From Fistulifera solaris (taxonomy: Eukaryota), in assembly GCA_030295235.1 (NCBI GenBank), contig AP026145.1:558001-622000 (forward strand): a DNA stretch of 64,000 nt, in the 5' to 3' direction. Shown piece by piece: positions 61,826 through 64,000 of the stretch (position 1 is its first letter; each line of letters opens with the position of its first letter). The position numbers were made by a program, and so were the translations under genes. Under the pieces are notes generated by a model. That model ran no database searches. It was given only the letters and a program-made list of their open reading frames with translations, and had not been told where the DNA came from.

Positions 61826-63993
61826 TTAAGCTGCAACCTTCTCGCACTGTATGGTTACGAAGGTTCCGGTCGGTTTATCTTTCGAAATGAGCTCGACTTC
61901 CTTCTTTCCCCCGGTAAGCAAAACATCCTCCACCTTCAATTCGGCGCTACCGAGTTTGTCATCACGATAGGTTCTTCCCTCTTCATTGTCGTAAGCATCG
62001 ATCTGGATCGTTTCGTTCGGACCGGAAAGGACAAAGGCCGAAGTCTCGTTCCAAATTGGATTCTTACTCTTGTAACACGTCTTGGTCCTCCAGGAATTAT
62101 TTGGATTAGATCCCACTTGTATCTTGAGATAGGCATTCGACATGTGCGATTCTTGTAATAAATGCTTGTGGTACTTGAAGTCACGTCCTTGAACAGCAGT
62201 CAATTTCAAAATGTCAGCATCTTTGTCCGATTTAGGTTTCGTCGTCGTGTTTCCGGTCGTATTCGTATTCGCAGTCGCCTGAGGAGCGTTAGAAACCATC
62301 CCTGCCTCGGAGGTCTTGACGACTTTGCCCTTAATTGTTGATTCCGACGAGAGAACAGCCGAAGTGGGATTCGCCGTTTGCAAGTCGATGCCATGCAACG
62401 AAATGCGGTAGCGCAACGCTGTCCCACCACTTCCGACTGGATGCGTTTCGTTGATGGTAGTATCTGCCGCACGCTCTAAGGCAGAATAAGGAAGGTTGAT
62501 TTCACCCAACAATGTTTCCTCTGGTGCCTTTAAAAGGTTTTCTTGGTAGCACTTGTAGAGTGTCAACGTTATGTCTTTTCCACCTCCCTCCGAAAATGCC
62601 TTGGTGGAGATCGGGATATGGAACGCCGTGTTGTAGTGTGGATTGGTACCTGGCAATAACAACGTTTCGAATTTCTCGTCACCATATTGGACACGGACTT
62701 TGGAGGTGACATGCATTCCTTCCATTGCCTCCAAAGGTACACAGAAAGCATGATCAATCAAGACGATGATAAGGCCACCCATGGTCTCACTCGAAGGTGA
62801 TTGCGCGGTTAGACTTGAAACTTCTTTGACGAAGGGGATCAGATCGCACCGAATCGTAATTTTCGAACCGGTCGGACTTCCGTTCTTGCCGATCAAAGCA
62901 AGCTTCACGGTACGATTTTGGGCTGCCAGTAGTAGTTCGCGAACCGTTATTTCAGCCTTTCCAAGGTCGTCGTCTGAATCCAACGCGCCATTGCTCTCAT
63001 CCCATGCCTGCAAGAATATGGATTGACCAAAGTCATACAACAGGAAATCGAAGAACTCGTCGCGATCCCAGACAGGATTGTTGTTGTCCCAAACAGTTCG
63101 ACTTCGAAGAGGTTTGGACGCACCGAGTGCGATTTTGCAAAACACGTCGGGCACATCGTCTTCACCAAGTACACGGGGTGCATCGACAAACCCTTCACCG
63201 CGCAAAAGTGTCACACGGAAAACACTGATCGGTGGCCGATATATATTGAAGTAGTCGCAATCTGGGTCGACTTTGGCAGCAACATAAGAATAAGGAGCTA
63301 CCACGATATCCTTCAGAGCCGCTCCTATGCCAGCCAAAATCTTGTTCTTGATCAGTTGTATGTCAGCGATTTCAGCTAAGCCAGTGAAATTCATTTGCAG
63401 TTTCGGCGGATCGATGAAAAGAACTGCGCCGCTGATACGCAGGGCAACACTTTCGTCAGGGGTTTCAACACAACCGCGATTCTACCGTCAAGCTCAATTC
63501 TGTCCACGCCCACAGATCCAACGTAACTAGCTTTCAGCGAAATCCTACGGTTTGTAACGTAATTAACATCCATGTCAAATTGCAGAAAGCCATTCTTCAA
63601 ATCATGCACAGTCGCTTGTCCCAACACAAAATTCTCAATACCAAGATCCAACTCCGTGAACCGAAGTGTAGTCAAAGGACCAGGGAGATCTCGAAGCATT
63701 GGTTCTACAGTAGCTCGAATGGCGTTACAGATAGCAGGATTCAAGTAAGGCCACAGCTGCTTCACAATGCATACGATCAAATCACGGCGCGGTTCCCTTT
63801 TCTCATCGACAGTATCATCCCGTGTCGAAATAGAAGTATCGTCGCGTGTTCTGATAGACGGTGTCGCCGCCTCGTCTCTTTTATTCATAGTCTGTTGTCG
63901 CATTGCAATAGCAGTCACTGCAGAACCGACTGCCATGCCGGCAATGCCGCAAAACACAATGAAGAATATCATGATTATCATATCCTCGTGCAC
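61826..63993 (-). CDS. Extended synaptotagmin-like protein (TM + SMP + C2 domains); frameshift ~63420
   Basis: N-terminal TM; SMP region QLWPYLN...LRFTELDLG; FIDPPKLQMNFTGLA restored by one extra T; C2 motifs PDVFCKI, NNNPVW, DDDLGKA, KNPIWNE, DDKLGSA. Confidence 0.85.
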
Positions 63994-64000
63994 CTTTGGC

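Overview
This is gene-dense eukaryotic DNA from a diatom. The signs are short GT-AG introns, bipartite plastid-targeting 'AF/CF' signal peptides, and stramenopile WRKY19-like and DUF6824-like proteins. A pennate diatom such as Fistulifera is an inference only. About 33 protein-coding loci are present, including GPI8, CK1, NF-YC, a GT47 exostosin, two stand-alone flavodoxin domains, a cytochrome b5, two GPR1/FUN34/SatP channels, a PI-PLC-X protein, a SERBP1-like protein, DRG1, glycine decarboxylase P, a Qb-SNARE and an extended synaptotagmin. Roughly half of the genes are broken by single-base indels in homopolymer runs, most likely a sequencing artefact. Mobile and repeat DNA comprises a 2.37-kb PIF/Harbinger element (perfect 54-bp TIRs, TTA TSD, decayed ORFs) and a gene-free island at about 8.7-11.1 kb. 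The island holds a hairpin, a 234-bp A/B higher-order tandem array and a ~65-bp palindromic array. The most interesting observations are: two candidate 6-nt micro-exons made by tandem intron duplication in NF-YC; an in-frame GH1-GH18 fusion; the repeat island; a TGACGT cluster around the GDC-P start; five HxRxxS motifs in a WRKY19-like factor; and a 22-bp non-coding element shared by distant promoters. No tRNA, rRNA or CRISPR array was recognised.
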